A DNA stretch of 64,000 bases from a bacterium (lineage in GTDB: Bacteria; Zhuqueibacterota; Zhuqueibacteria; Residuimicrobiales; Krinioviventaceae): positions 352,001 through 416,000 of the forward strand of contig CAXXFV010000027.1 in NCBI GenBank assembly GCA_963674595.2. The letters run 5' to 3'. The notes beneath the pieces were generated by a model. The model made no database searches. It saw only the letters and a list, made by a program, of their open reading frames with translations, and had not been told where the DNA came from. The position numbers and the translations under genes are program-made. Positions 1-11,313 of this stretch are shown piece after piece (position 1 is the first letter of the stretch; every line of letters starts with the position of its first letter).

Positions 1-1789
1 GTCCCCGTTCTTCACACCAGGAATAGAGCGGAGTGGCATGGTTCAACGTCGCATAAAGATATTTAACCGCATCATCACCTTCATTGCGATACAATTGCAC
101 TTCAGCCAGATTATCAAGGGCGATAGCCACCCACAAGCCGTCCTTTAACCATCCCGTATTAACCGGTAATCCGCCGGGACTTATCCATGATTCAAGTTTA
201 TTTATGGTACCGTTTATCAATTTATGATTTCGTTGCAACGTGGCACAGGGCCAGGCAGCATACAGAGCGCCCCAGCGACTGCCGTCTGTTTTGTTGGCAA
301 CACCGGGTATCCATTGATAACCGTTTTCAGAAATAGCACCATGATCCAGTGACCATTGCAAGTCTTTCAATCCGGTGCGATGAATATTTGTCAACTCTTC
401 AATATCATTTGTTTTTTCCAAAATACGAGCCGCCTCAAGCGTCAGCGAGTCTGCATAAACTGTCCAGATATTATGGGGCAGGAACACACCAATCAGATCA
501 TCCCCATCCATTAAACCGCAATCCCCCATACCGCGCGGCATCAAACCATACTCCGTCGTCCGTTTACCGTCAACTAATTTTCGGGTTTTCATTCGCTGGG
601 TTTCCTGCCAGCGGGAACTGGCCAGCATTCGAGGATAAACACCTTCAAGATAATCTTTGTCCTTTGTCAACAAATAATGTTCCATAACAGCCCACGCCTT
701 AAAACCCGTAATTCCCCACATATAATGCGCCCATCCTTTCGGATCGTTCCAGTTGCCATCTTTATCCTGAAGATCAATACAAACCTGAAGTCCCAAAGCC
801 GCATCCGCATGCAGGCCGACCTGATCTAAAAAGATAGAAACGATTGAAGGCTCACCTGAGCTGGCAGCACGATATTTTTCAGTACCCGGAGTACCGGCTA
901 TATATTCGGGAGTGACATGTTCCCTCATTATAAAACAGTCTGCCAGTCCGGCATAAAAGGCATTTTGAACAGCCGGGTCAGGAATATGAATTTGCACAGC
1001 TTGTCCGACAAGATCATACCAGACTTTTTTAGCCTGATTAAACTCTTTGCTCCAATCCATTTTTCGAAGAGTAACAAGCTGAGAATGGTAGGCTACATAG
1101 GGACGAACTATCCAGCCGGTCCTTTTTTCACCAGGTTCCAAATACCATACCTGTGAAATTGTAGTAACTGCCTTTACAGGTTGTTCATCTCCACCCGTCA
1201 TAAACAGTATAATACGATCAGCCCTGTCATCCATCCCGGCCAGCATCACATCACTGTCCCAATCGATCTGAATCCAGGCAGGATTATAGGCCCTTGTTAT
1301 TCTATCGTTAACACAATTAATGGTAATACTATGGCTTTGGTTATCGTTATTTTCCATATCAATTCGTACAAGTGCGGCTGATTCTGCACCAATAACCTGC
1401 ATTTTTGTTAGAACAGACTGTTGCTCGTACGTTGTTTCCACCATTGGCAGCCAGCCTTCAGCACGTTGATAGGTACAGTTTGCAAACTCTTTTCCGTCTA
1501 GCTCCGGTTTTATAAAAACATACCAATTGGCATCCGGTTTGGTAAAACTCGCCACAGGTTTGCTTAACAAGTTGTCGAAAGACCACTTTAAACGCATTTG
1601 CTGAGGATAGACATCAACCAGGGTTTTATCGCTGGCATTTGGCATGGATACTGTCAACCGGTGCGGTGTGGAAAAAGCATAACTAAAATCCACCGTCATA
1701 GCAGAATTATTTTCGGTATTATCTTTTGCACTTGCAAATGAAATTAAAGTAAAAAATGTCAGAATAATTTTAATATATCTCTTTTTCAT
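1..1789 (-). CDS. Secreted putative (alpha/alpha)6-barrel glycoside hydrolase-like protein, 3' end runs off window (not in ORF track)
   Basis: Read by hand: ATG at 1789 with AAGGAG RBS at 1795-1800. MKKRYIKIILTFFTLISFASA signal peptide; open frame towards position 1; segments such as AWAVMEHYLLTKDKDYLEGVYPRM and YGLMPRGMGDCG are typical of six-hairpin glycosidases. Confidence 0.7.
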   Translation of the reverse strand, partial: MKKRYIKIILTFFTLISFASAKDNTENNSAMTVDFSYAFSTPHRLTVSMPNASDKTLVDVYPQQMRLKWSFDNLLSKPVASFTKPDANWYVFIKPELDGKEFANCTYQRAEGWLPMVETTYEQQSVLTKMQVIGAESAALVRIDMENNDNQSHSITINCVNDRITRAYNPAWIQIDWDSDVMLAGMDDRADRIILFMTGGDEQPVKAVTTISQVWYLEPGEKRTGWIVRPYVAYHSQLVTLRKMDWSKEFNQAKKVWYDLVGQAVQIHIPDPAVQNAFYAGLADCFIMREHVTPEYIAGTPGTEKYRAASSGEPSIVSIFLDQVGLHADAALGLQVCIDLQDKDGNWNDPKGWAHYMWGITGFKAWAVMEHYLLTKDKDYLEGVYPRMLASSRWQETQRMKTRKLVDGKRTTEYGLMPRGMGDCGLMDGDDLIGVFLPHNIWTVYADSLTLEAARILEKTNDIEELTNIHRTGLKDLQWSLDHGAISENGYQWIPGVANKTDGSRWGALYAAWPCATLQRNHKLINGTINKLESWISPGGLPVNTGWLKDGLWVAIALDNLAEVQLYRNEGDDAVKYLYATLNHATPLYSWCEERG

Positions 1790-1843
1790 TTTTACTCCTT
1801 TTTAACTTGAATACATTTTTATTTTATATCCAATAACCATTAA

Positions 1844-3304
1844 TTATGGTTTTAATCCTTCATTATCTTTTTCCGTCATATAGCTAAATAATTCTGCATT
1901 TTTCAAATAAAACCTTAACCGAATCGGTTGTCCTTTCATGAGACTGTCATTATTTTTCCATTTAATATGGTGCCGAACACTATCACTTTTGACAGGCACA
2001 CACTCTTTATGAGAATAACCGGGAATAATTTCTCCCTCGGCATCGAGTACAGCAACCGATAGATTGCCCTGATGAGCATCAGCATTAACAATAAGATGAT
2101 CACCTGATGTTGTAAAAGTGCCGGTTTCGATCCATCCTCCCTTTTCATCAGCCTTTATAGAGACCATTCCATCCAGCCTCCAAACAGCACGTGCGATTGT
2201 TATCTTTTTTTCAGGTACATACCCGCCGTGCGTTGTGGTTATTGCCGTATAATATATCCACATTTCATTATCAACAATAACAGGTGAGTTGGCAACTCCC
2301 AGGATACACCCCGCATCATAGTCATAGGGTCCGTTTGGAATTACCGGACTCCGGTCCGAACAACGCTGCCATTCCCGTCCGTCACGACTGTGAACAACCT
2401 GAACATCTATCGGGCCGTCATATTTACTTTGTTTGGGCCCCTTTTCCTTTGGCTCGCCATTATAACGAAAATGAGTTATCAAGCCTAGCCACTGACCAGC
2501 ATATTGAAATGCCGATATGTTATAAAATTGTGAACAAATGCCCCCTTCTGCCCTGGTTTGATCATCATCTGTTTCATCCGGCGCCATAACCAATTCAGGC
2601 TCTGACCAGTTTTGCACATCTTTACTTGTCGACAGATAAACCAGCCTGCGTCTGTGTCCGCGATATTCATGCGTCAGCTTGTGAAATGCTAAATATTCCT
2701 GTCGGCACGAATCAAAAGCCAAAGTGCAGGTATCACTGCCATCCAAAACAGGATTCTTAAGGTATGGCTTCCAGTTTAAACCGTCGGAAGAACAGGCCGC
2801 ATAATATCCGCGAACCGGTTTTTTGATACAACCGATCATAGTATACCGTTTATCAGGGTCACTAGACTGAGGATTAAAAACAACACTGGGACTGTGCATA
2901 GCGTATACAATATTATTATCTGTGGAGCCCTCATAATCCCAAATTCCTAAACCGGGCCGATCCCAAACAATGCCGTCTTTTGAGGTCGCTGCCATGATTA
3001 AATTAAAACTACTCATATACCACATGGTAAAAGAATCATTTTTTGCATCATACAAAACAGTCCCATAAACGTAAACACGGTCGTCTTCCCAGGGTTTTTC
3101 CGCATGCAAAACAGGTGACGGTAATTTTTTACAGGCATTTGCTTTCCTCACCACACCTTCTTTGTTCGCAATGCGGTAATCATCAACAAATATTTGTCGC
3201 TGTCCGGGGAATAAAGTAAACGGCGCACCTGCAGATGAAGGTGAATAAAGAGCACAAATAGAAAAAACTAGTATTATTGAGAACGAAATTTTATAGAACA
3301 TCAT
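1844..3304 (-). CDS. Secreted five-bladed beta-propeller glycosidase-like protein (GH32/43/130 superfamily-like)
   Basis: 486-aa ORF with signal peptide; repeated S-x-D-G-x-x-W motifs (TSKDGIVW, CSSDGLNW, HSRDGREW); KNPVL; C-terminal RLDG beta-sandwich. Confidence 0.7.
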   Translation of the reverse strand: MMFYKISFSIILVFSICALYSPSSAGAPFTLFPGQRQIFVDDYRIANKEGVVRKANACKKLPSPVLHAEKPWEDDRVYVYGTVLYDAKNDSFTMWYMSSFNLIMAATSKDGIVWDRPGLGIWDYEGSTDNNIVYAMHSPSVVFNPQSSDPDKRYTMIGCIKKPVRGYYAACSSDGLNWKPYLKNPVLDGSDTCTLAFDSCRQEYLAFHKLTHEYRGHRRRLVYLSTSKDVQNWSEPELVMAPDETDDDQTRAEGGICSQFYNISAFQYAGQWLGLITHFRYNGEPKEKGPKQSKYDGPIDVQVVHSRDGREWQRCSDRSPVIPNGPYDYDAGCILGVANSPVIVDNEMWIYYTAITTTHGGYVPEKKITIARAVWRLDGMVSIKADEKGGWIETGTFTTSGDHLIVNADAHQGNLSVAVLDAEGEIIPGYSHKECVPVKSDSVRHHIKWKNNDSLMKGQPIRLRFYLKNAELFSYMTEKDNEGLKP

Positions 3305-3401
3305 GTTTAATTCGTCTCCTGAGAATTTTCACAAAATAAAATCCGGGACCAAATTATTAAAAAATGACGCTAATTATCATTCTATTAAAATGGATACGAT
3401 T

Positions 3402-4589
3402 TTAAAACGAACTGTTTTTATTTTTTATTTTTTTAATCACTCCCAGCGGATTTACAGCGCTGGCGACATAGTTGTTAATTTTGACATAATCAACGTTGAT
3501 ACATTCATAAGGTCCGCGCTGCTGGTAATCCGATATCAGATCGGTTAATATTTTGCTGCTTTGCTCAGGATATTTTTCTAAAAGTGCAAAAGCAATCCAC
3601 CCGGAAGCCGTACCCCAATAAGCGCCGTTTTGATAGGTCCCGGGTTTGACCGGGATTAACGTTTTTTTCCATGTTTCCGGTTCAGTAAGATGCCTGATCT
3701 GACCATTCATAATATATTTTTCGCGATTGTTATACAAAAAATCAACAATCCTGCTTTTTTTATCGCCCAATGGAAATCCGATATAAACAGCGTAAGCGTT
3801 ACCCCAAATATCAATCTGACGGCAGTCAATTGTTGCGGCGTAAAACATTCCGGAATCTTTATCCCAAAGTTTCTCCAGACTTTTTTCAATTGTTTTTGCC
3901 CTTTTACCATATTCGGACACCATTTGCTTGTCACCAGTTTGTTTATATAATGCCGTCAATTCCCAGCAAGCTTCCCAGTAAAGCAGAGAAGAAAACAACA
4001 ATTCTCCGGTTTTCTGGATTGTATCTGTAAAACCATAGGGAGAGTGCGGAAACCGTGGATCGATATAAACCAAACCATCGACACTGCGAGGAACATAATC
4101 CATCGCTGCATCAAGTTTTTTAGAACAGGATTTAAAAAATTCAATATCCTGTGTATTTTTAACATATTCGGCAACCAGTTTGACCATAAATTGCGTATTA
4201 TCTGAAGGCGGATCGCCAAGAGGATTATCAACAGGTCCGGCACTGTATATAGCGAGACCGTCTGCCCTGACCCTGTCCGGAATACAACCATCTGCCCGCC
4301 TACCGTTTAACAGATAAACGATAGCATTTTTCACATCACCATTCGGTATAAGGTGAAACGCATTTTCAACCATATAACCAAAATCACGGGTCCACATGCC
4401 CTTGTAATTTCCTTCACCGTCCGGTGTGTAAAGTGTGGTGCTGTCAAATCCTGTGACCCGGCAGCCCATAATCTGTTTTTCAGCTTCCTGCTCCAACCAG
4501 GTTTCCATTTCCACCGGAACGATATTTTTCTTTTTTGTACAGCCCAAAAGCACCAAAAATGAAAATAATAGCATAACTATCTTTTTCAT
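3402..4589 (-). CDS. Lipoprotein, putative six-hairpin glycoside hydrolase
   Basis: ATG at 4589 preceded by GAGG; lipobox LLGC; MWTRDF, YGFTDT and YQNGAYW motifs typical of (alpha/alpha)6 inverting glycosidases. Confidence 0.7.
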   Translation of the reverse strand: MKKIVMLLFSFLVLLGCTKKKNIVPVEMETWLEQEAEKQIMGCRVTGFDSTTLYTPDGEGNYKGMWTRDFGYMVENAFHLIPNGDVKNAIVYLLNGRRADGCIPDRVRADGLAIYSAGPVDNPLGDPPSDNTQFMVKLVAEYVKNTQDIEFFKSCSKKLDAAMDYVPRSVDGLVYIDPRFPHSPYGFTDTIQKTGELLFSSLLYWEACWELTALYKQTGDKQMVSEYGKRAKTIEKSLEKLWDKDSGMFYAATIDCRQIDIWGNAYAVYIGFPLGDKKSRIVDFLYNNREKYIMNGQIRHLTEPETWKKTLIPVKPGTYQNGAYWGTASGWIAFALLEKYPEQSSKILTDLISDYQQRGPYECINVDYVKINNYVASAVNPLGVIKKIKNKNSSF

Positions 4590-4643
4590 GACAAACCTCA
4601 ATTTTTCAAGAATATAATAAATAACTTTTCCTTATTTCCAAAT

Positions 4644-7600
4644 TTACTCAATCACTGCGTTAATCACATCCATCACAATGCGAAATTCACTATCCGCACC
4701 GGTCGGATTCCAGGGTGTTCCGGCAGATTCGCTGATGCCGTCTTTGAGAATTTGCTGAATTTCTTTTTCATTATTTTGCAACTTGGCTTTAACCCATTGT
4801 ACGACAATATCATTATCAGATTTGGCGTTTTCCCAGTCTCGCAAAAGCCGGTCGGCTTTATCTTTTTCACCGAGTTTGTTAAAAGCCAGCATACTGACGT
4901 AATTCACCGAGCTCCAATCATTTTTCAAGGATTCGGTAGCAGCCGCTATTTTATTATAATATTCTTTGGCCTGGTCATCTCTGCCCATCTTTTCCAGACA
5001 CAATCCTGTTATATAATCTTCCAATCGCTCGTCTGTTACCGTTGGTTTTCCGGTACCGAGATTTTCAGGATAAAGCCGGGCGTCATTTGCCGCCTGTTTT
5101 GCCTTGTCATAAGAACCCTTTTTAATAAATTCAGCCGCATACAACAGGCAGGCACGTCTGTAAATCACATGCCCAAAACGCGCTCCCTCTGAAGGAAGAA
5201 TCGTTGTATTTTTTAAAACATCCAGACATTTTTTATATTTTCCGTTATACAAAAGTCCCTGAGAATAATCCAGAGCCAGTTTGTACTTTTCCCTTGAAAA
5301 CCTGGCAAACGCTTTTTGAGAATTTTGTAAAGCATTGCTGTAATCATTGCGGTTCAGGTAAAAATTAGAAAGTTCATGCCATGTCAGCCATTGTTCGGGA
5401 TCCATTTGTAAGGCTTTTTCTAAATCGTATAATTTCTGTTCCGGTTGTCCGTCACCGATTTGATAACGAATCAGATAAAACGGGGCATAATCCGGCTGAT
5501 CACCGAGTTGCCGCAACAGGGTCTCAGCCTTCTCTCTTTTATTAATATTATAATATAACAAAGCCAGATAATAGTCTGGTTTCCAGCTTTTGCTATTCTG
5601 AATAGCCCATGTAAGCACAGGGATGGTTTCCTGACGATATGGAAAAACCAGAAAGGGACTCATGTTATCGGCCTTATCCAGAAACTCGATGCCTTTAGCA
5701 TTATCTCTATTTATATAGGAGCGCCAGTAACAGACAGTCGCGTTTTGGGGAGATAAGGATAACAGTTTTTGGGCTATATCCAGACAACCAAGTTGGTAAT
5801 AAAAGAGCATATTCTCCAGATAGGTTTCTACAGGAAATTCGTTTCTGATCATGGATGTAAAATTAGTTAAATTTTCTTTCTCCGGATTGAGCAAATATTT
5901 TTCAAAACGGGCAAAATGGTTCAACGGATCGATGGTGAGGATGTCTGCCAGGACTTTCTCCGCCTGGTCCTTTCTATTTTGTAAACGCAGTGTAACAGCC
6001 AATACCTTTAGAGCGTTTATATTTTTTCGGTTAAAATCCAAAGACTTATATACGTATCTTTCAACACGATTGTATTTTTTTTCAACAAAGGCAATTTCAG
6101 CCAATTGCTGAAAAGCAGCGGAGCGATACTCCATATCACGTGACGCCCAACTGAATCCGTCCTTTGCATCGGCCATGTTGCCAAGTTCACGATTAATAAC
6201 ACCCCATATAAAATTGGCACCAGCATCATAAGCATCATTTGCCAGCGCTTTTTTAGCATATTCCAGTCCTTTTTCATAATCTGTAAACCGGTAACAGATT
6301 TCGGCCAGTAACGCCAGTGCCGGATTATAATTCGGCTCTTTTCCAAGACAGTTTACAAGAGTGTTATAAGCACTGGAAAAAGCGCGTTGACGGTATTGTT
6401 CCAGGGCGGTTGTATATAAACCATTGACCGATTCCCAGTCAAAATCCGGATTGGCCACCAGCGGTCTGGACAAACGGTTCTTTTTATCTCTTTCCATGCT
6501 ATAGTGTAATTTTTCATCACCAAGACAGACATCTAACGGTTCTGACGGACCATTAATCTGAACAGAATCGATGAAAACACTATTTGCCGCAATTTTCACA
6601 TGTTTTGAATAAACTTGTTTGCCACCGAATTTTATGACAAGATCATCATCAATCTGCTGTAAAGCGCTGATGCCGACATGAACCTGTTCAGCCTGCATGG
6701 TAACATTCATCGAACCATAGGGTGAGCCGTCTATCATGCCGCCGATATCTTTAACAGGAAACCACAGTTCCTGAAAGGACTGTGATTCATTGGCGCTATA
6801 ATGAACATGTTTAAAGGGAGTTTGACTGCTTGAACTGCCTGCCTGGTTAAACAAAAGACCGGTTTGCATTTCAATGTATTGCAGATTTCCGGGAATATCT
6901 GTTAATAAATTCCTCCAGATTTCACCGCTCCGGGCCAAAGACCAAATCCACAGTTTTTTACCCGGTTTTTCATCGTAAAGCGCCCAGTGACCGTAACCAA
7001 AGTCAGAATTTTTATAATAGCCCCCAAAATACTCGGCATAATTACCAAGTATATGATAGGATTTATTATTACCAAAATTATTATTTGCATAGGCAGAGAC
7101 ATTTCGCCCGTCCTCATTAACGGGCCATAGTCCGAGTTCACCTCCGTGGCCTATTTCATGAGAATCGGGATAATAAAAATACAAATCCTTTGATGCATTG
7201 GCGGCCGCATTCATCCAATGATAACAGGGTTGGTTTAAAACAGTCGGATTAAAAACAAAGCTGTTTGTTTCAAAATAGGCTTTATCCGGATACAGTTTAA
7301 CTTCCACCCGCCATTCCAGTCTGCTGGGAAGGTCCATTGTACCAAGGAAACAACTTACACTGCCGTCATCATTTTTTCTTGTCAGGTAATCGACCGGAGT
7401 GGCTGTCGCCGGAGTATGCCCGATAACACCAAAATTAAATTCCATTCCCCCGGAAGTCCAGGGGCCGCGCATGGCAATATCACGAAACTTGACGACTTTA
7501 TTATAATAGATAAAAGCCTTGTCTTTTTCCTTCTCTATAGCGCCCCACACTTTACCGCCTATTTCAGGCGCCACTACAACCTTAATATACGGATTCTCCA

Positions 7601-7868
7601 ACGTGACCATGTTCCAGGCTTGTTTTTTGCCTTCCAGACTGTAACCATTAAATTTAAAATAAGGATATATTTTGCCCATAATCGGTATCGGACTTGGTTC
7701 GGAAAAGGGATATGTTTTAAACATAATTTTTTCTTCTATAACAGAAGCGTTTTCAGCATAGACAATATATGATGACAACAAAATCACTACTGATAGAAAT
7801 AAAGGGATCAAGAATTTTTTGGTGTTATGCATTTTGGGGTCCTTGTGATTTTTATGCTCTAAAGGCAA
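4644..7868 (-). CDS. DUF5107-domain, TPR-containing protein
   Basis: N-terminal LENPYIKVVVAPEIGGK...GPWTSGGMEFNF signature and many C-terminal TPR-like helices. The true start may be the ATG at 7832. Confidence 0.8.
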   Translation of the reverse strand: MPLEHKNHKDPKMHNTKKFLIPLFLSVVILLSSYIVYAENASVIEEKIMFKTYPFSEPSPIPIMGKIYPYFKFNGYSLEGKKQAWNMVTLENPYIKVVVAPEIGGKVWGAIEKEKDKAFIYYNKVVKFRDIAMRGPWTSGGMEFNFGVIGHTPATATPVDYLTRKNDDGSVSCFLGTMDLPSRLEWRVEVKLYPDKAYFETNSFVFNPTVLNQPCYHWMNAAANASKDLYFYYPDSHEIGHGGELGLWPVNEDGRNVSAYANNNFGNNKSYHILGNYAEYFGGYYKNSDFGYGHWALYDEKPGKKLWIWSLARSGEIWRNLLTDIPGNLQYIEMQTGLLFNQAGSSSSQTPFKHVHYSANESQSFQELWFPVKDIGGMIDGSPYGSMNVTMQAEQVHVGISALQQIDDDLVIKFGGKQVYSKHVKIAANSVFIDSVQINGPSEPLDVCLGDEKLHYSMERDKKNRLSRPLVANPDFDWESVNGLYTTALEQYRQRAFSSAYNTLVNCLGKEPNYNPALALLAEICYRFTDYEKGLEYAKKALANDAYDAGANFIWGVINRELGNMADAKDGFSWASRDMEYRSAAFQQLAEIAFVEKKYNRVERYVYKSLDFNRKNINALKVLAVTLRLQNRKDQAEKVLADILTIDPLNHFARFEKYLLNPEKENLTNFTSMIRNEFPVETYLENMLFYYQLGCLDIAQKLLSLSPQNATVCYWRSYINRDNAKGIEFLDKADNMSPFLVFPYRQETIPVLTWAIQNSKSWKPDYYLALLYYNINKREKAETLLRQLGDQPDYAPFYLIRYQIGDGQPEQKLYDLEKALQMDPEQWLTWHELSNFYLNRNDYSNALQNSQKAFARFSREKYKLALDYSQGLLYNGKYKKCLDVLKNTTILPSEGARFGHVIYRRACLLYAAEFIKKGSYDKAKQAANDARLYPENLGTGKPTVTDERLEDYITGLCLEKMGRDDQAKEYYNKIAAATESLKNDWSSVNYVSMLAFNKLGEKDKADRLLRDWENAKSDNDIVVQWVKAKLQNNEKEIQQILKDGISESAGTPWNPTGADSEFRIVMDVINAVIE

Positions 7869-8025
7869 CGTTTAAACAATAAATCTTTTCATACTTGATA
7901 TTAAAATGAATCAAAAAGACAATGAGTTCGTTTGTTCATTTCGACTGATTTGATATCCGAGCTTTTCAAAACGGATTCGTTTCATAAACGGTTTTTCGTT
8001 CACAAATAATCAGGTCTAAAATAAT

Positions 8026-8060
8026 TCTCCTGCCTAAAACAAAGCGTAATAGACAGGAGA
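8026..8060 (-). terminator. Probable intrinsic terminator hairpin
   Basis: TCTCCTGTCTA/TAGGCAGGAGA 11-bp stem on the minus strand (one G-U) followed by ATTATTTT. Confidence 0.5.
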
Positions 8061-8155
8061 CAATATAATAATAAAACAAAGTATAAAAAGAAAGCTGATA
8101 AACCTTTTAAAAATGATATATTTTTATAAAAAATTCATCAGATTACATGCCAACA

Positions 8156-9148
8156 TCAATCACTAACATCAACCAGGTCTTTAATATAAATCTCACCACC
8201 TTTAAGCGGTAATCTAATAAACTTGGCTCCGGGAGGCCAATGACGATGGTAACAGGTTTCACCACTGACATGACCATAAGCCAGTATAATACCTCCCTTG
8301 TACTTTCCATAATAATTGTTATCATGATCATGTCCGCAAAAGCAGGCTTTTATATTACCCTGTTCAACAAACGCATCATAAACGCTTCCATTATCTTCTT
8401 CAAAACACACATTTTCATGAAATTCACCCTGTTTTTCAAATGTGTCGTCCTCCCACAGCCATTTATATTGAATAAAAGGAATGTGGAAAATCGAAATGGC
8501 CGGTACAATACGCTTATTCTCAGCTTTACTGGCCTCAGATTTTTGTTTGTACCAGTTCACCTGGTCCTCTTTTATCGACTTGTTGCCGGGTTCTGATCCT
8601 GAATCAAAAGCATAAACTTGCCACAATGGTTGTTTTTCTCCTGCCAGTTCCAAATCCACTTTATAATCATATTTTACAGAGTCGCCGCCGGTTTTATGGT
8701 ATCCCAGGATTCCCCATTCGGAATCAACAAAGACCTGATGAATAACGTCTCGACCGTATTTTTCAGGACAATGGTTACCATACTCATACAGCCAGGGTCG
8801 CTCCATGTCATCAAAAGATTGAGCTGCAAACATGAACAAATTTTCTTTGCTCTCTTTTTGATTACCGGTGAACATATCACCAGTTACAACAATAAAATCA
8901 GGGTCATACTGTTTGACGTACATTTTAATTCGTCTTATAACACTAAAATCGCTTTCCCATCGTCCGGGATTACCAAGGTGTAAATCCGTAACCTGTAAAA
9001 TTCTTATAGAATCATTTTTCAATTCACTAAAGATAATTTCATATTCGTCACTTTTATTCTTTTTAATACTCGTTTCAGCGAAAACAATACGATTAAAAAA
9101 GATAAATAACATAATCAGATAAAAAAAGCTAATCCTTCCGGTTTTCAT
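8156..9148 (-). CDS. Calcineurin-like metallophosphoesterase (Dcr2-like), exported
   Basis: DLH, TGD, GNH, FHIP and GHDH metal-binding motifs; N-terminal signal peptide. Confidence 0.85.
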   Translation of the reverse strand: MKTGRISFFYLIMLFIFFNRIVFAETSIKKNKSDEYEIIFSELKNDSIRILQVTDLHLGNPGRWESDFSVIRRIKMYVKQYDPDFIVVTGDMFTGNQKESKENLFMFAAQSFDDMERPWLYEYGNHCPEKYGRDVIHQVFVDSEWGILGYHKTGGDSVKYDYKVDLELAGEKQPLWQVYAFDSGSEPGNKSIKEDQVNWYKQKSEASKAENKRIVPAISIFHIPFIQYKWLWEDDTFEKQGEFHENVCFEEDNGSVYDAFVEQGNIKACFCGHDHDNNYYGKYKGGIILAYGHVSGETCYHRHWPPGAKFIRLPLKGGEIYIKDLVDVSD

Positions 9149-9207
9149 TAAATCAATCCTTTGTTTTTTAATGATTGTAGATATAAATGTTAGTTTAAAT
9201 GTCAGTT

Positions 9208-11313
9208 CTATTCACTTTTATTTAACCGTGCCAGGCCGGGTGGAACTGCTTCCAGTTTCCAGCCTTTCGGTAAATTCACAACAAACGGAGTTTGGGGTGT
9301 TTCTGTACTAATAACTTTAACAACCCCGTCAGCAGCCGTTAAATTTATGATGTGTTTATGTAGTTTTATGCGTGTAACTGTCAGTTCCGGCCAGTCAGCA
9401 GGTAGTTTTGGATCAACTGAAAATCCATCAACCGTTGGATTAAATCCCATAAATCCATAAAGCATGGTCTGGGGAACAAGAATGCATTCAAAAAACTCTT
9501 TATCAAGTCCCAAACCTCCGGGAACATTGCCGCCCTGCAAAGTTCCACGGGATGCATCTTTATAATATTCACGGTATCCTCCGGCTGCCTGGGTTTCATC
9601 AAACCAGACAAGTATCTCTTGCAGCCGTTTCCAGGTATCATCCGGGCCATCGACCAAAACACGACACATTAAATCGTGATAGGAAAAACCGAAAACAGCG
9701 CCGCCGTCCTGCACCTGATTTCCCCAGGGAATGTTTTCAGGTTCAGACCAGCTCCAAACATAATAATCGAGATTACGTTTGGTTGTTGATCTCGGTCCAA
9801 AACGCCAATGATAAATGTCCTCTTTAACAGAAGTATCACCATTTACAACACGGCGGCCTGAAATCCAGTCCCGAATAAGGCGTTCCTGTTCGGGAGTGCA
9901 AAAATTATAATAAACAGCTTCATTATTTAAAAACGTAAATCCATAATCATGAAATTGCCCGTCAAGGTCCACCGCTCCCAAGCGACCGGTTTCATTGTTC
10001 CAAAACCGTTGTGAGCCATAATTCTTGACCTGGATTGCATGTTCACGCAAATCAGCAGGATCAAACATGTTAGCGCTGCTATTTATGCACCACTGCGGAT
10101 GCTTTGTAATTTGCTCTTCAAGTTCGGCGAGATTAAGCAGTGCATCATAATAATAAATGCTTGCCAACGGATCTTCGCCGCCAAAAGGCATCAAATCCCA
10201 ATAATTACTTCCTATACCCTCTCCGGGGAGAATAATCTTTTTTCCATCAGATGTTATCCGGACACCGCTGCGTCCTTCATGACCGGGCCAGGTGGTATAA
10301 ACACATTTGCGTTCACGTGTATCAAACTCGTTCATAATAAACCGCATGGCCGTACGCATTCGTTCCATTTGACTGCGTAAAAAATCGATATTATGTGTCC
10401 ACATAAAGTAATCATGGCAACCACGGATAAAGTTCGAATTATTGATATTATGCCGTGATTCGCACGCCGTGTGAAACGATTTAATAATAACACGGGCCTT
10501 TCCTGTATTGGCAAAACAGATACGTATACGTGTTATGGTATCTTTCCAGCCCGGAATTTTGTAAACAGGGACCATTTCACGATTTTCAATATTTTCAATA
10601 CGAATTGTTTTAGACCCCATGGGCAGAGCGGCATATTCTTTTCCATCAGAGACAGCCGGAGAAAAATAAGCCCGGTTTTCCGGCAGAAATTCCGGTTGAT
10701 TATTAGTCGTCCATTCCAAATAGCAATCTGCCTGTTTTAGACCTGTTGCCCACCAGTTTAACCGCAGCCACGGTGAAACATGGCAATCAACAAAAAATTC
10801 AGGAGTTGTTATCACCGCATCCGGTTCCATGAGTTCTATAACCCATCCCTGATCATTGATCTCAACAGAACGGCCGCCGACAATTTCCCATCCGTCCGGT
10901 TTAACAAGCGGCGCCTCATAACCGGGTACTCCAACGGGAGCAAAATGCCAGCCGACACCACCTGCCTGGGTCCAGAGTGGAAACGGCCAGCCTTCGCTGT
11001 GAGCAAGGCCATCGTGCTGTTGAGTATGTACATACCCGTCAGAACCAATAATTCGCTCAGCAAAGGCATCAGACCACATTTGGTCCATATTTTTACCGGT
11101 GGCCGGCCATAGTGTGGACATGGGCATCCACTCATCCCATAAGGCAATCAACGGTTTGGCCGGTTCGTAATATAGCCAATACATTGCGCGTAAAGATTTC
11201 ATTTCATGCTCATAACCAGGAACAATAAAAGAAGGAAAATCTTTGGGAATCGGTGATGAAAATGCTACAGCCCCCATACACAAAAACATAAAAAATGTTC
11301 TAACTATGGACAT
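9208..11313 (-). CDS. Secreted putative six-hairpin glycoside hydrolase with inserted beta-sandwich
   Basis: 701 aa with signal peptide; DYFMWTHNIDFL and SNYWD motifs; GH65-like C-terminus (GFMGFNP...VDPKLPADW). Confidence 0.6.
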   Translation of the reverse strand: MSIVRTFFMFLCMGAVAFSSPIPKDFPSFIVPGYEHEMKSLRAMYWLYYEPAKPLIALWDEWMPMSTLWPATGKNMDQMWSDAFAERIIGSDGYVHTQQHDGLAHSEGWPFPLWTQAGGVGWHFAPVGVPGYEAPLVKPDGWEIVGGRSVEINDQGWVIELMEPDAVITTPEFFVDCHVSPWLRLNWWATGLKQADCYLEWTTNNQPEFLPENRAYFSPAVSDGKEYAALPMGSKTIRIENIENREMVPVYKIPGWKDTITRIRICFANTGKARVIIKSFHTACESRHNINNSNFIRGCHDYFMWTHNIDFLRSQMERMRTAMRFIMNEFDTRERKCVYTTWPGHEGRSGVRITSDGKKIILPGEGIGSNYWDLMPFGGEDPLASIYYYDALLNLAELEEQITKHPQWCINSSANMFDPADLREHAIQVKNYGSQRFWNNETGRLGAVDLDGQFHDYGFTFLNNEAVYYNFCTPEQERLIRDWISGRRVVNGDTSVKEDIYHWRFGPRSTTKRNLDYYVWSWSEPENIPWGNQVQDGGAVFGFSYHDLMCRVLVDGPDDTWKRLQEILVWFDETQAAGGYREYYKDASRGTLQGGNVPGGLGLDKEFFECILVPQTMLYGFMGFNPTVDGFSVDPKLPADWPELTVTRIKLHKHIINLTAADGVVKVISTETPQTPFVVNLPKGWKLEAVPPGLARLNKSE

